Assembly (NCBI GenBank): GCA_029856435.1 | Contig: JAHQXB010000023.1 | Location: 1-21,979 of the forward strand | Origin: Candidatus Jordarchaeia archaeon | Lineage (GTDB): Archaea > Asgardarchaeota > Jordiarchaeia > Jordiarchaeales > Jordiarchaeaceae | Reading direction: 5' to 3' | Length of the DNA: 21,979 nt | Shown here: positions 8,692 through 16,993 of the stretch, piece by piece | How the letters are laid out: every line of letters begins with the position of its first letter | Numbering within the stretch: position 1 is the first letter of the stretch | Notes under the pieces: generated by a model | The model's database searches: none | Told to the model about the DNA's origin: nothing | Seen by the model: the letters and a program-made list of their open reading frames with translations, nothing else | Translations under genes and position numbers: made by a program

Positions 8692-8937
8692 ATGACAACG
8701 ACAGAAGTGTGGCAATACAAAATGGAACTAGAAAACGAAACCAAAAAAATGCAAGCAGTAGCCCTAAAAGAAGAACTGAAAAAAATGGGGATAAGAAACG
8801 AGCAACAGGTAAAAGAACTGTGGGAAAGCTGTATAGCAAAAACACCCGCCCTCAACGGAAACTACAAATTCAACATAACCGTAAAATTTCTAAACGCATA
8901 CTGCATCACAGACATAGAACTCACACCCAAACATTAA
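8692..8937 (+). CDS. Hypothetical 81-aa protein
   Basis: GTGGTGA RBS at 8683-8689, TTTAAAA at 8652-8658 upstream, open frame with A/C-ending codons; no motif recognised. Confidence 0.6.
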   Translation: MTTTEVWQYKMELENETKKMQAVALKEELKKMGIRNEQQVKELWESCIAKTPALNGNYKFNITVKFLNAYCITDIELTPKH

Positions 8938-9202
8938 AAACCATCCACCCCTCAAAACAATAAATCTTATCCCCAATCTCACAGAGGCAAACTACCCCTA
9001 AGTAGGATTTCTCTAACGACACGAAATGCTTGTAGAGACAACCTCCCCAAGATGATCAAAACCACAAGAATCAGTTCCACTACTCCATATACCCAAAATA
9101 AGGAAGAATATCCTTGACTGTTTCACTTTTTTTACAAAAAGAAATAAAAATATGAGTTCCTTTACTGACTATTGCTCTTCTGTGGCTTGCAGAGTGGTTG
9201 CA

Positions 9203-9694
9203 ATGATTAAACTCGTTATTTTTGACGCTGATGAGACCTTATGGGCGGCTTACGGGTACTGGGCCAGCCTACTTGTGCCTCCTTTAAAGAGGGTTAGTGA
9301 TAATGAGATAAGAGATTCTGAGGGGAAAAGCATTCGTCTTTTTGATGGTGTAAGGCAAACACTGGAAAGCCTCAAGAATAAAGGCGTTTTAATTTCGCTT
9401 GTTAGTATGAACGATCGGGAGCCAAACAGGGTCGCCGAGTGTTTGGAGCTTTTTGGGTTAAGCCACTATTTTATTTATCCCCAAGTCAACTGGGATGATA
9501 AAGGCCAAAACATTCTAAGAATTATAGAACTCCTGCGAAAAAATGAGGGCAAAATAATAAAGTGTGAGGAAGTGCTCTTCGTAGATGACCACCTATCCAA
9601 TATTAGTAAAGCTATAAAAGCCTGCCCCGGAATAAAAGCCTTACACATCGGTACCGACATATCCCAAGTCACCGAAGTAATTAACCACATATAA
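9203..9694 (+). CDS. Magnesium-dependent phosphatase-1 family (HAD subfamily IIIC), copy 2
   Basis: MIKLVIFDADETLW, RLFDGVRQTL, SLVSMN, YFIYPQVNW, KGQN, VLFVDD; clear paralog of 7957-8445. Confidence 0.88.
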   Translation: MIKLVIFDADETLWAAYGYWASLLVPPLKRVSDNEIRDSEGKSIRLFDGVRQTLESLKNKGVLISLVSMNDREPNRVAECLELFGLSHYFIYPQVNWDDKGQNILRIIELLRKNEGKIIKCEEVLFVDDHLSNISKAIKACPGIKALHIGTDISQVTEVINHI

Positions 9695-9848
9695 AAAAGA
9701 CAAGGGGTAAGGTTACCTGCCAATGTTTATGGATATTTTGGCAGGTTCAAAATTTTTGATTGGCTCCCATAGCATCTATGTTTGCGAAAACTTAATATGC
9801 CTTTTAATGAGAGCGTTCTCTACTTGGAATTAAATACTCTAATTAATC

Positions 9849-9864
9849 ATTGGTATACTCCAAT
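9849..9864. promoter_or_regulatory. Inverted repeat ATTGG-TATACT-CCAAT just upstream of the CoA-transferase gene; candidate operator
   Basis: 5-bp perfect arms with 6-bp spacer ending 23 nt before the ATG; ATTGGTATA recurs at 15851-15859 upstream of the PaaK-like pair. Confidence 0.3.
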
Positions 9865-9886
9865 ACAAAATAAGGAAGTCTAGGCA

Positions 9887-11071
9887 ATGGGGCCACTTGA
9901 TGGTATTAAGGTTTTGGACCTCACTCGTCTTCTACCTGGAGATTATTGCACCCTGCTTCTGGCAGACCTTGGTGCAGAAGTCCTCAAAGTTGAAGACCCC
10001 TTTCTGGGTGATTATGTTCGCTGGTACCCTCCCATAGTGGGAAAGGAAAGCGCCATGCACCACTATCTGAATCGGAACAAGAAGAGTATCACCCTTAACC
10101 TAAAGTCAGGAAAAGCTAGGGAAATCCTGTACAAGCTAGTTGCCGACTACGACATTTTCATAGAAAGCTTTAGGCCGGGAGTTGTGAAAAAACTGGGTAT
10201 TGATTACGAAACGCTGGAAGACATAAATCCGCGATTAGTTTATCTCTCACTGACCGGATTCGGACAATACGGACCATATAGGGATTTGCCCGGCCACGAC
10301 ATAAACTATATTGGAATCGCGGGAATACTGGGAATCACTGGTGAACGTAACGGGCCTCCAGTAATCCCCGGTGTACAAATCGCTGATCTCTCAGGAGGCA
10401 TGTTTGCAGCCTTCTCAGTTCTTGCAGGACTAGTTTCCCGGGAAAGAACTGGCAAGGGGCAATACATTGATTTTGCTATGCTTGACGGTGTGGTGTCATG
10501 GCTCTCAGTCCATGCGGCAAGATACTTTGTGGAAAAAGTCAATCCAAAAAGGGGAGAAATGCTTCTCTCAGGAGCGCTGCCCATATATAATGTTTACCAA
10601 ACAAAGGACGGAAAATACATCTCCATAGGCTCCCTGGAGGATAAGTTCTGGAGAAATATGTTTAAAGCCATCGGAAGAGAGGATTTAGCCCAAATTGACG
10701 AATCTTTCCGAGAAATGCGGCTCGACAAGCTAGACAAGGTCACAGAAGAGCTGAGAAAAATTTTCCTCACAAAGACCAGAGATGAGTGGGTGAAACTTTT
10801 CTGGGAGAACGATGTCTGCGCAGGACCCGTTTACACCTTTGAGGAAACCTTCAACGACCCACAGGTTAAAGCCAGAAACATGGTCATAGAACTAGACGAT
10901 CCAGAAGTGGGGAGGCTGAAACAGGTGGGCATCCCCATCAAGTTCTCAAAGACCCCTGGAGAAATCAAGTTCCGCGCGCCCCACCTTGGAGAACACAACG
11001 AAGAAATCCTGCTTAAACTAGGCTATAGTGAAGAAGAGATAAAACAGTTAAAAAAGGAACAAGCCATCTAA
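9887..11071 (+). CDS. Family III CoA-transferase (CaiB/BaiF; also similar to alpha-methylacyl-CoA racemase)
   Basis: PLDGIKVLDLTRLLPG..CT.LLADLGAEVLKVE, NRNKKSITLNLK, DIFIESFRPGV..KLGIDY, GHDINY, QIADLSGG (catalytic Asp), Y.TKDG, APHLGEHNEEIL..LGY. Confidence 0.96.
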   Translation: MGPLDGIKVLDLTRLLPGDYCTLLLADLGAEVLKVEDPFLGDYVRWYPPIVGKESAMHHYLNRNKKSITLNLKSGKAREILYKLVADYDIFIESFRPGVVKKLGIDYETLEDINPRLVYLSLTGFGQYGPYRDLPGHDINYIGIAGILGITGERNGPPVIPGVQIADLSGGMFAAFSVLAGLVSRERTGKGQYIDFAMLDGVVSWLSVHAARYFVEKVNPKRGEMLLSGALPIYNVYQTKDGKYISIGSLEDKFWRNMFKAIGREDLAQIDESFREMRLDKLDKVTEELRKIFLTKTRDEWVKLFWENDVCAGPVYTFEETFNDPQVKARNMVIELDDPEVGRLKQVGIPIKFSKTPGEIKFRAPHLGEHNEEILLKLGYSEEEIKQLKKEQAI

Positions 11072-11210
11072 CCCGGAAACCCAAAAAGGGCAGTCATCTA
11101 ATTAACTTCTATTTTTCCTTCCGCTTCAATATAGCTTAGCCTCTCATGCAACAAGTGCGTGCCTAAAAGCCCATTTTTTGTGTTTAGAAACATTGGAGGG
11201 TAAATATGTT

Positions 11211-12242
11211 ATGGTGGTATCAATCAAGACCGAATTGTGTGATTTATTGGGTATTGAATATCCCATAATCCAAGCTGGACTGGGCCCCTATTGTACGGTT
11301 AACTTGGCTGCGGCTGTTTCAAATGCTGGGGCTCTGGGAACCATTAGCATACCCGGAATGACGGTGGGGCCAGAAATTGCCTCAGAGAAAATTCGAGAGT
11401 ATATGCACACGGTGAAGAAGAAAACGAAAAACAATTTCGCTATTAATACGCCAGTAGGGGAGCATGTTCCCGATATTATGCTCAAAACCACAGATGCCTA
11501 CATAGACACCGTGATTGAAGAAAGAGAAAAAGACCCTGATTTAAAAAGAAGATTAGTGCTATATATTACCTCGGCTGGTTCTCCGGCTCGGTATCACAAA
11601 AAAATAAAGGATTCGGGTTTATTGCATTTTCACGTGGTTCCCTCCGCGTACCATGCCAAAAAAATGGAGAAAATGGGATTAGACGGTGTCATTGCCTCTG
11701 GTTATGAGGCTGGGGGTCATACACATCTACCCAATAGGGCTGTTCACACATTTGTATTAATACCCTCTGTTACGGATTCTGTCAAGATACCCGTTGTTGC
11801 GGCGGGTGGTATTTGTGATGCAAAAACTCTGGTTGCGGCTCTAGCTTTAGGGGCGCAGGGAGTTCAAATGGGTACACGCTTTATTGCAACCCGGGAGTCT
11901 GATTTTCACATAAACTATAAAAGATTCATTGTTGAATCTGGGGAATGGAGTGATATGGTCGCTCCGGGAGTTTACGGGCCGGCTCGCTGTCTGAGGAATA
12001 AGGGAGCAGAAGAAATCATAAAGCTGGAAGCCGAGGGGGTTCTACCAGAGGAGGAGCTAAATAAGCTTAAGGACGAAAGACTGTGGGCTTCGGAACGTGA
12101 CGGCGATGTTGTCAACGGGCTGGTTAGCGCGGGTCAGGTAGTATCGAGAATAAACAATATACCCTCAGTAAGTGAAGTTATTGAAAACATTATACGTGAA
12201 GCTACAGAAATCATTAAAAAATTAAATGGGGTTTTAAAATAA
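11211..12242 (+). CDS. Nitronate monooxygenase / FabK-type FMN-dependent oxidoreductase (likely enoyl-thioester reductase)
   Basis: TELCDLLGIEYPIIQAG, LAAAVSNAGALG, GYEAGGH (catalytic His), PVVAAGGICD, ALALGAQGVQMGTRFIATRES, AGQVVSRI. Confidence 0.92.
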   Translation: MVVSIKTELCDLLGIEYPIIQAGLGPYCTVNLAAAVSNAGALGTISIPGMTVGPEIASEKIREYMHTVKKKTKNNFAINTPVGEHVPDIMLKTTDAYIDTVIEEREKDPDLKRRLVLYITSAGSPARYHKKIKDSGLLHFHVVPSAYHAKKMEKMGLDGVIASGYEAGGHTHLPNRAVHTFVLIPSVTDSVKIPVVAAGGICDAKTLVAALALGAQGVQMGTRFIATRESDFHINYKRFIVESGEWSDMVAPGVYGPARCLRNKGAEEIIKLEAEGVLPEEELNKLKDERLWASERDGDVVNGLVSAGQVVSRINNIPSVSEVIENIIREATEIIKKLNGVLK

Positions 12243-12313
12243 AAGAAACAATTCATCATTCGTGAAACACAAATTTTTACTCTTAAAAAGTCTTTTTCGG
12301 TGGAGGCCTGATT

Positions 12314-13756
12314 TTGAGTTCGATAATTGAGCAGCTTCACCCTCTCTACCATGCCAGAACAACAGTTATGATTGGGCTGTCAAAGAGACTTATGAGTGTT
12401 GGTAGCATTATCGCCCAAAATATAATTGACGGAGGCTACACTGGAAAACTTTATGCCGTGAATCCCCATTCAGAAAAGGTCTACCATAATATAAAGGCTT
12501 ACCCCAAATTGGGGGAAATACCTGAAGAGGTTGATTTAGCTGTTATAGTGACGCCTGCACAATTTGTGCCTGAAGTAATGCAGGATTGCGTCGACAATAA
12601 TGTTAAGACATGTATCCTAATCACCGCGGGATTCTCTGAAGTGAGGACACCCGAAGGAAAAAAACTGGAGGAAGAGACAGTTAGAATAGCTAGAAGGGGC
12701 AAGCTGCGTTTCACGGGGGGGAACTGCAACGGAGTAAGCAGCATTTCAGTAAGTATGCACGCCCTTCTCTCCCCCATAAGGCCAAACTTTGGAAATGTGG
12801 GAATAATCACTCAAGGAGGCTCCCCAGGAGTTGCCATGATGGGCTGGACAAAAAAATACAGAATTGGAGTGAGCAGATACACAAACGCTGGAAACGAAGC
12901 GGATGTTAAGATACCTGAGCTACTTGAATATTACACCCACGATCCCCAAACTAAAGTCATAATGATGTACCTAGAGGGAATTAAAGATGGGCGGGGATTT
13001 ATGGATTCAGCCAAAACAGCCACAAGAAAAAAACCACTACTACTCTACAAGTCGGGAACAAGTGAATTGGGCAAGAAGGCAGCTATGGCCCATGTGGGCG
13101 CTCTGGCAGGATCAAATGAAATATGTGAAGCAGTTTTCCGCCAGACGGGCATAATCCGAGCGAAAAGCATCGACCAAATGGTGGGAATAGCCGCGGCCTT
13201 CAGCACGCTGCCTCTACCTAAGGGGAGAAAAGTAGGCGTACTCACAATAGGTGGAGGATGGGGAGTAGTTACTAGCGACTATCTGGGAGAAGCAGGAATA
13301 GAGGTTCCTCCCCTCCTTGAAGAAGAAGTTCAGTACCTAGATCAGTATTTACCTCCACACTGGAGCAAGGGAAATCCCATAGACACCACTGATGGAGCCT
13401 TTGATTCTAAGGTTCTCAGTGAAATCATGGAAACTCTCCTCAAAAAAGAAAATATAGACGGCGCAATACTAATTGGACCGGGCATGAGAGAAGCCTTCGG
13501 TAAGATTCACTATCTCCCCGAAATAGGTGAGTTGGCATCTCAAATGGAGGTTCAACTAGCAAAGGAACTAGCAAAACTCCTAGACAAGTATCAGAAACCC
13601 ATAATAGCAATAAATATATACGCTCCAGAAGATAGCCCTGCAGTCGAGGAACTAAAGCAAAGAGGAATTCCGGTCTATGAAACTCCACAAGACGGCGCAG
13701 CCGCCTACGAAGCCCTAGTAAAATACCACGAGTACCAGAAAAGTAACCCTAACTAG
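12314..13756 (+). CDS. NDP-forming acyl-CoA synthetase (acetate--CoA ligase ADP-forming, ACD) alpha-type subunit
   Basis: YAVNP, VDLAVIVTPA..V..V..DC, ITAGFSE, GN(C)NG, TQGGS, GNEADV, DPQTKVIMMYLEG, KSG, AHVGALAG (phospho-His loop), GGGWG, NPIDTT; no ATP-grasp beta part in this ORF. TTG start with GGAGG upstream. Confidence 0.92.
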   Translation: MSSIIEQLHPLYHARTTVMIGLSKRLMSVGSIIAQNIIDGGYTGKLYAVNPHSEKVYHNIKAYPKLGEIPEEVDLAVIVTPAQFVPEVMQDCVDNNVKTCILITAGFSEVRTPEGKKLEEETVRIARRGKLRFTGGNCNGVSSISVSMHALLSPIRPNFGNVGIITQGGSPGVAMMGWTKKYRIGVSRYTNAGNEADVKIPELLEYYTHDPQTKVIMMYLEGIKDGRGFMDSAKTATRKKPLLLYKSGTSELGKKAAMAHVGALAGSNEICEAVFRQTGIIRAKSIDQMVGIAAAFSTLPLPKGRKVGVLTIGGGWGVVTSDYLGEAGIEVPPLLEEEVQYLDQYLPPHWSKGNPIDTTDGAFDSKVLSEIMETLLKKENIDGAILIGPGMREAFGKIHYLPEIGELASQMEVQLAKELAKLLDKYQKPIIAINIYAPEDSPAVEELKQRGIPVYETPQDGAAAYEALVKYHEYQKSNPN

Positions 13757-14450
13757 AATAATCGGAACTCTGAGGAGCGGGATATACCCTTGAATACCTG
13801 TCTAGATAAACCATTTCTTCCAACTCCTTTCGCGGAGTTTTGGGCGGAGTTCTAGCGGGGTAGCCGAGAGCAATTATGGAAACCAGCCTAATGCCCTCAG
13901 GAATTTCGAGAATTTTTTTAATCTTTTCCTCAGCAAACATGAATCCCGCAGTCCAGCAGGCCGCCAATCCCTTTGAAACCGCGGACAATAAAAGGTTTTC
14001 AACAGCAGCACCCACACTTAAAATGAACCAGATGGAAATAATTTCCCTATACCTGTCGTACTTTCCCCCAAAGGGTTCAAAGAGAGCTTTCGGATCCCTC
14101 ATACACACCGCTACCCACACTGGAGCGCTAACAAGAGGATAGTATCCCGCACCCTTAATAAGCGCCTGCACATTAACCTGAAAACCCACCGCTCCACTCA
14201 CCATTGGCACCAAAAAATCTTGCACAAACCCACTTAACTCCTCGTCTTCAATACCCGCCTTAAGGGCCTCAATAATCTGACTTTTAACACTTGGGTCCCT
14301 AATTACGATAAACTCCCAAGGCTGAGCATTCTCAGCCGAAGGCGCCTTCCTAGCCATATCCAAGAGTTCAAAAATATCCTTGTCAGAAACACTATCCTCT
14401 TTAAACTTCCTGATACTCTGCCTAGCTTCAATGGCCTCAAACAAATCCAT
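13749..14450 (-). CDS. Nitroreductase-family flavoprotein
   Basis: MDLFEAIEARQSIRKF, ARKAPSAENAQPWEFIVIRD, GAAVENLLLSAVSKGLAACW, LEIPEG..LVSIIALGYP..P....RK.LEE; convergent 8-bp overlap with the ACD gene. Confidence 0.92.
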   Translation of the reverse strand: MDLFEAIEARQSIRKFKEDSVSDKDIFELLDMARKAPSAENAQPWEFIVIRDPSVKSQIIEALKAGIEDEELSGFVQDFLVPMVSGAVGFQVNVQALIKGAGYYPLVSAPVWVAVCMRDPKALFEPFGGKYDRYREIISIWFILSVGAAVENLLLSAVSKGLAACWTAGFMFAEEKIKKILEIPEGIRLVSIIALGYPARTPPKTPRKELEEMVYLDRYSRVYPAPQSSDYSS

Positions 14451-14659
14451 TTTAATGTCCTCCCAAAAAAGTCTCAAACTGTTTCTCAGCGGTACATTCT
14501 AAGAGCATAAATAACCATTTTTCTGATCAGCATCTAAACTTAACGATGCTAACTCAAGCCACCATCAGACTAGAGTGAGTTTAAGTTGCACCCATTTTGC
14601 AGAATTAGGAATAAAAGGGAGATTATTTTTTAGGTGAACCATTAACCCCATATATAGCT

Positions 14660-15496
14660 TTAGGACTCACTAGCTTTTTTTCTTTCTTCAGGCAGGTGTC
14701 TCTCTGGTGGTCCCGTATATTCTGTGATGATGGGTGGAATAACCCTCACAATTTGGCCACTCTTCAGTTCCTCAATGGTGTGTCCAATTATTCCCGGCAA
14801 GTAGGAAACCACTCCCAACAACTCCATTTCTACAGGATCAAAGCCCAGCTCAGCCATAACTGCAGCCATCATCCCATCAGTATTAATGGGGATTTCCTTT
14901 CCAGAAGTTCTTACAAATTCGTCACGTATAGCCTCCATAAGCTTCACATATTCACCGAGCTTACCATACTTCTCAGCTAACTGCCTCAATCTGGCAGCCC
15001 GCGGATCCACCTTATACAATGGGTGCCCCAAACCCGGAATCCTTCTCTTCTCCTTCCTGAATCTTTCCACAATTCTCTTCGCTGTTTCCTCCACACTAAG
15101 ATTCTCATCCTTCATCAATTTATGTGCCTCTCTAAGCATTTCACCACTGGCCCGAGGCGAACCCGTAAAATGCCCAATACTTAGAATCCCACTAACCAAT
15201 CCATGTATAGGATCCGGGTTACCCGAAACCACGTATCTGGCCGGCGGCGAGGCTGAACTTAAAAATCCATGGTCAACAATGCCAAAAAGCACAGCCTCCA
15301 AGAGTTTTCCCTCCTCTCTTGATGGCAGCTCTCCCTTTAAAACCAGATAGAGCACCTCAGCAAAACTAATATTACCCATCAGCTCGTCGAGTGGATAACC
15401 CCTGATGAGAATCTTGCCCGGCGGCAAATCAGTTATAGCAGTCTTAAAATAACCCTTCCACAAAGCAACTTCAGAAAACTTTTCTTCACCACCCAT
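14660..15496 (-). CDS. Citryl-CoA lyase-like protein (citrate synthase superfamily, CCL/ACL C-terminal type); start ATG 15496 or GTG 15505
   Basis: KTAIT....GKILIRGYPLDELMGNISFAEV.YLVLKGELP, DHG, IPGLGHP, DPR, INTDG..AA...LG; no HGGA motif of true citrate synthases (SIGHFTGSP instead). Confidence 0.85.
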   Translation of the reverse strand: MGGEEKFSEVALWKGYFKTAITDLPPGKILIRGYPLDELMGNISFAEVLYLVLKGELPSREEGKLLEAVLFGIVDHGFLSSASPPARYVVSGNPDPIHGLVSGILSIGHFTGSPRASGEMLREAHKLMKDENLSVEETAKRIVERFRKEKRRIPGLGHPLYKVDPRAARLRQLAEKYGKLGEYVKLMEAIRDEFVRTSGKEIPINTDGMMAAVMAELGFDPVEMELLGVVSYLPGIIGHTIEELKSGQIVRVIPPIITEYTGPPERHLPEERKKASES

Positions 15497-15737
15497 ACAG
15501 ACCACATCCTAAAAGGATGTTATATTTTTAGCAACAAGCAGAAATTTAACCACCTATTTAAAACTTTTCACAAACAAGCACAAATGGGAAACCATACATA
15601 TTCAGCATTCAGCTACGCGAAAGGAGGTTCACCCTAACACCTACCAAAAACCCAGAAACCTGAAAAACTTTTTTATATGCAGCTCACCAATAAAACACGC
15701 ATTTCCTAAGCAAAAACAAAATTGTCAAATTATACCC

Positions 15738-15755
15738 ATTTTTAAATTTAAAAAT
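15738..15755. promoter_or_regulatory. Perfect 18-bp palindrome in the divergent CCL / PaaK-like intergenic region
   Basis: ATTTTTAAATTTAAAAAT equals its own reverse complement; AT-only, so chance cannot be excluded. Confidence 0.3.
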
Positions 15756-15922
15756 TCTGCAAATAAATTTCAAAAAATTCCTCATAAAATATTCCCAACC
15801 CTACGCTATTCACTAAATAATAATATTAATTAAAAAAATGTATACAAACTATTGGTATAAATCTAAAAAACATAAAGTATTTATATTTGTTTATAACTAT
15901 CTCATATAAAGCTTTAAGGGTC

Positions 15923-16957
15923 GTGAAGAATGTGTGGAGAGGCAAAATTGAAACCATGCCCCGAAAAGAAATTGAAAAACTTCAGGGAGAGAAACTCAAA
16001 AGACAAGTACAACACGTCTACAACAACTCCCCACTACACAAGAAAAAATTCGATGAAAAAGGAATAAAGCCCGGCGATATAAAAACACTAACAGACCTAA
16101 AGAAAATCCCCCCAATAACTCGGGAAGACATGAAAAAAGCCGTAACCCCAGAGGACATTTTTGGAGGCAGACTCTGCGTACCAAGAGACAAACTATGGCT
16201 AATGTTCAACCCCCCAGAAATGATGGTGCAACCACCACTAATACTCACCGCCATAACCCACAACGACAGAGAAGCAATAGTTGAACAGCTAACCAGATTC
16301 ATGGTCATGGCCGGAATGCTGCGAGGAGACATAGTCCAACTCCAAGCCAGCCAATGGGAACTAATAAGCAGACTCCTAGAAAGCGTACACCACGTCCACA
16401 CAAGCGTACAAACCACATTCCCCTTCACCGCAATCCCCGTCGAATGCACCCTATCCCTCTTGGACGTACCCCGAATGACCTACCTAGCCAGCTTCTTCAA
16501 ACCCAGAGTACTAATTACCACCGCAGACGTAGCAAAACTAATGGTCAAAGAAGCAGAAAAAGAGAAAAAAGGCCCCAAAGAAGCATTCAACCCCCAAATA
16601 GTAATACACAGAACAAGACCCGGAAGCCCGATACTAAAACCAGAACTAAGACAAGAATTCAAACAAACCTGGGGAGGAACACACCTAAACATGCTAGACA
16701 TACAAGACAACCACTTCTTCGCTATGGAATGCCCCGAATGCAACGGTCTACACTTATGGGAAGACTACTTCATAGTAGAAACAATGGATCCAAAAACTGG
16801 AGAAATAGACACCCCGGGAACAGGAAACCTAGTAATCACCAACCTAGCCGAAGAAGCCACACCAATAATACGATACGTCACAGACACCAAGGGCAAAATA
16901 GTAAAAGAACCATGCTCCTGCGGAAGAACACACGCCCGAATACTCCTAGAAACCTAA
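15923..16957 (+). CDS. Phenylacetate-CoA ligase (PaaK/F390 synthetase)-like protein lacking the ATP-binding motifs and C-terminal domain (probable pseudoenzyme), 344 aa from GTG 15923
   Basis: PaaK-type N-terminus (IETMPRKEIEKLQ.EKLK....HVY.NSP....KF...GIKP.DIKTL.DL.KIP), MECPECNGLH, GNLVITNL..EATPIIRY, CSCGRT retained; P-loop absent; ORF ends at RILLET*. Confidence 0.85.
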   Translation: MKNVWRGKIETMPRKEIEKLQGEKLKRQVQHVYNNSPLHKKKFDEKGIKPGDIKTLTDLKKIPPITREDMKKAVTPEDIFGGRLCVPRDKLWLMFNPPEMMVQPPLILTAITHNDREAIVEQLTRFMVMAGMLRGDIVQLQASQWELISRLLESVHHVHTSVQTTFPFTAIPVECTLSLLDVPRMTYLASFFKPRVLITTADVAKLMVKEAEKEKKGPKEAFNPQIVIHRTRPGSPILKPELRQEFKQTWGGTHLNMLDIQDNHFFAMECPECNGLHLWEDYFIVETMDPKTGEIDTPGTGNLVITNLAEEATPIIRYVTDTKGKIVKEPCSCGRTHARILLET

Positions 16958-16993
16958 AAAACAAAAATTGAAAATAATTGTGAGGTAATAAAT

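Noticed and set aside
8594-8963. Overlapping ORFs 8594-8845, 8601-8963, 8661-8855
   Set aside because: Low-complexity translations caused by strand skew; only 8692-8937 has an RBS and protein-like composition.
15923-16957. Gene 1 as a simple truncated pseudogene or frameshift with gene 2
   Set aside because: Frame is uninterrupted, motifs are lost selectively while metal-site Cys are kept, and gene 2 restarts with its own full N-terminus; not fully excluded without orthologs.
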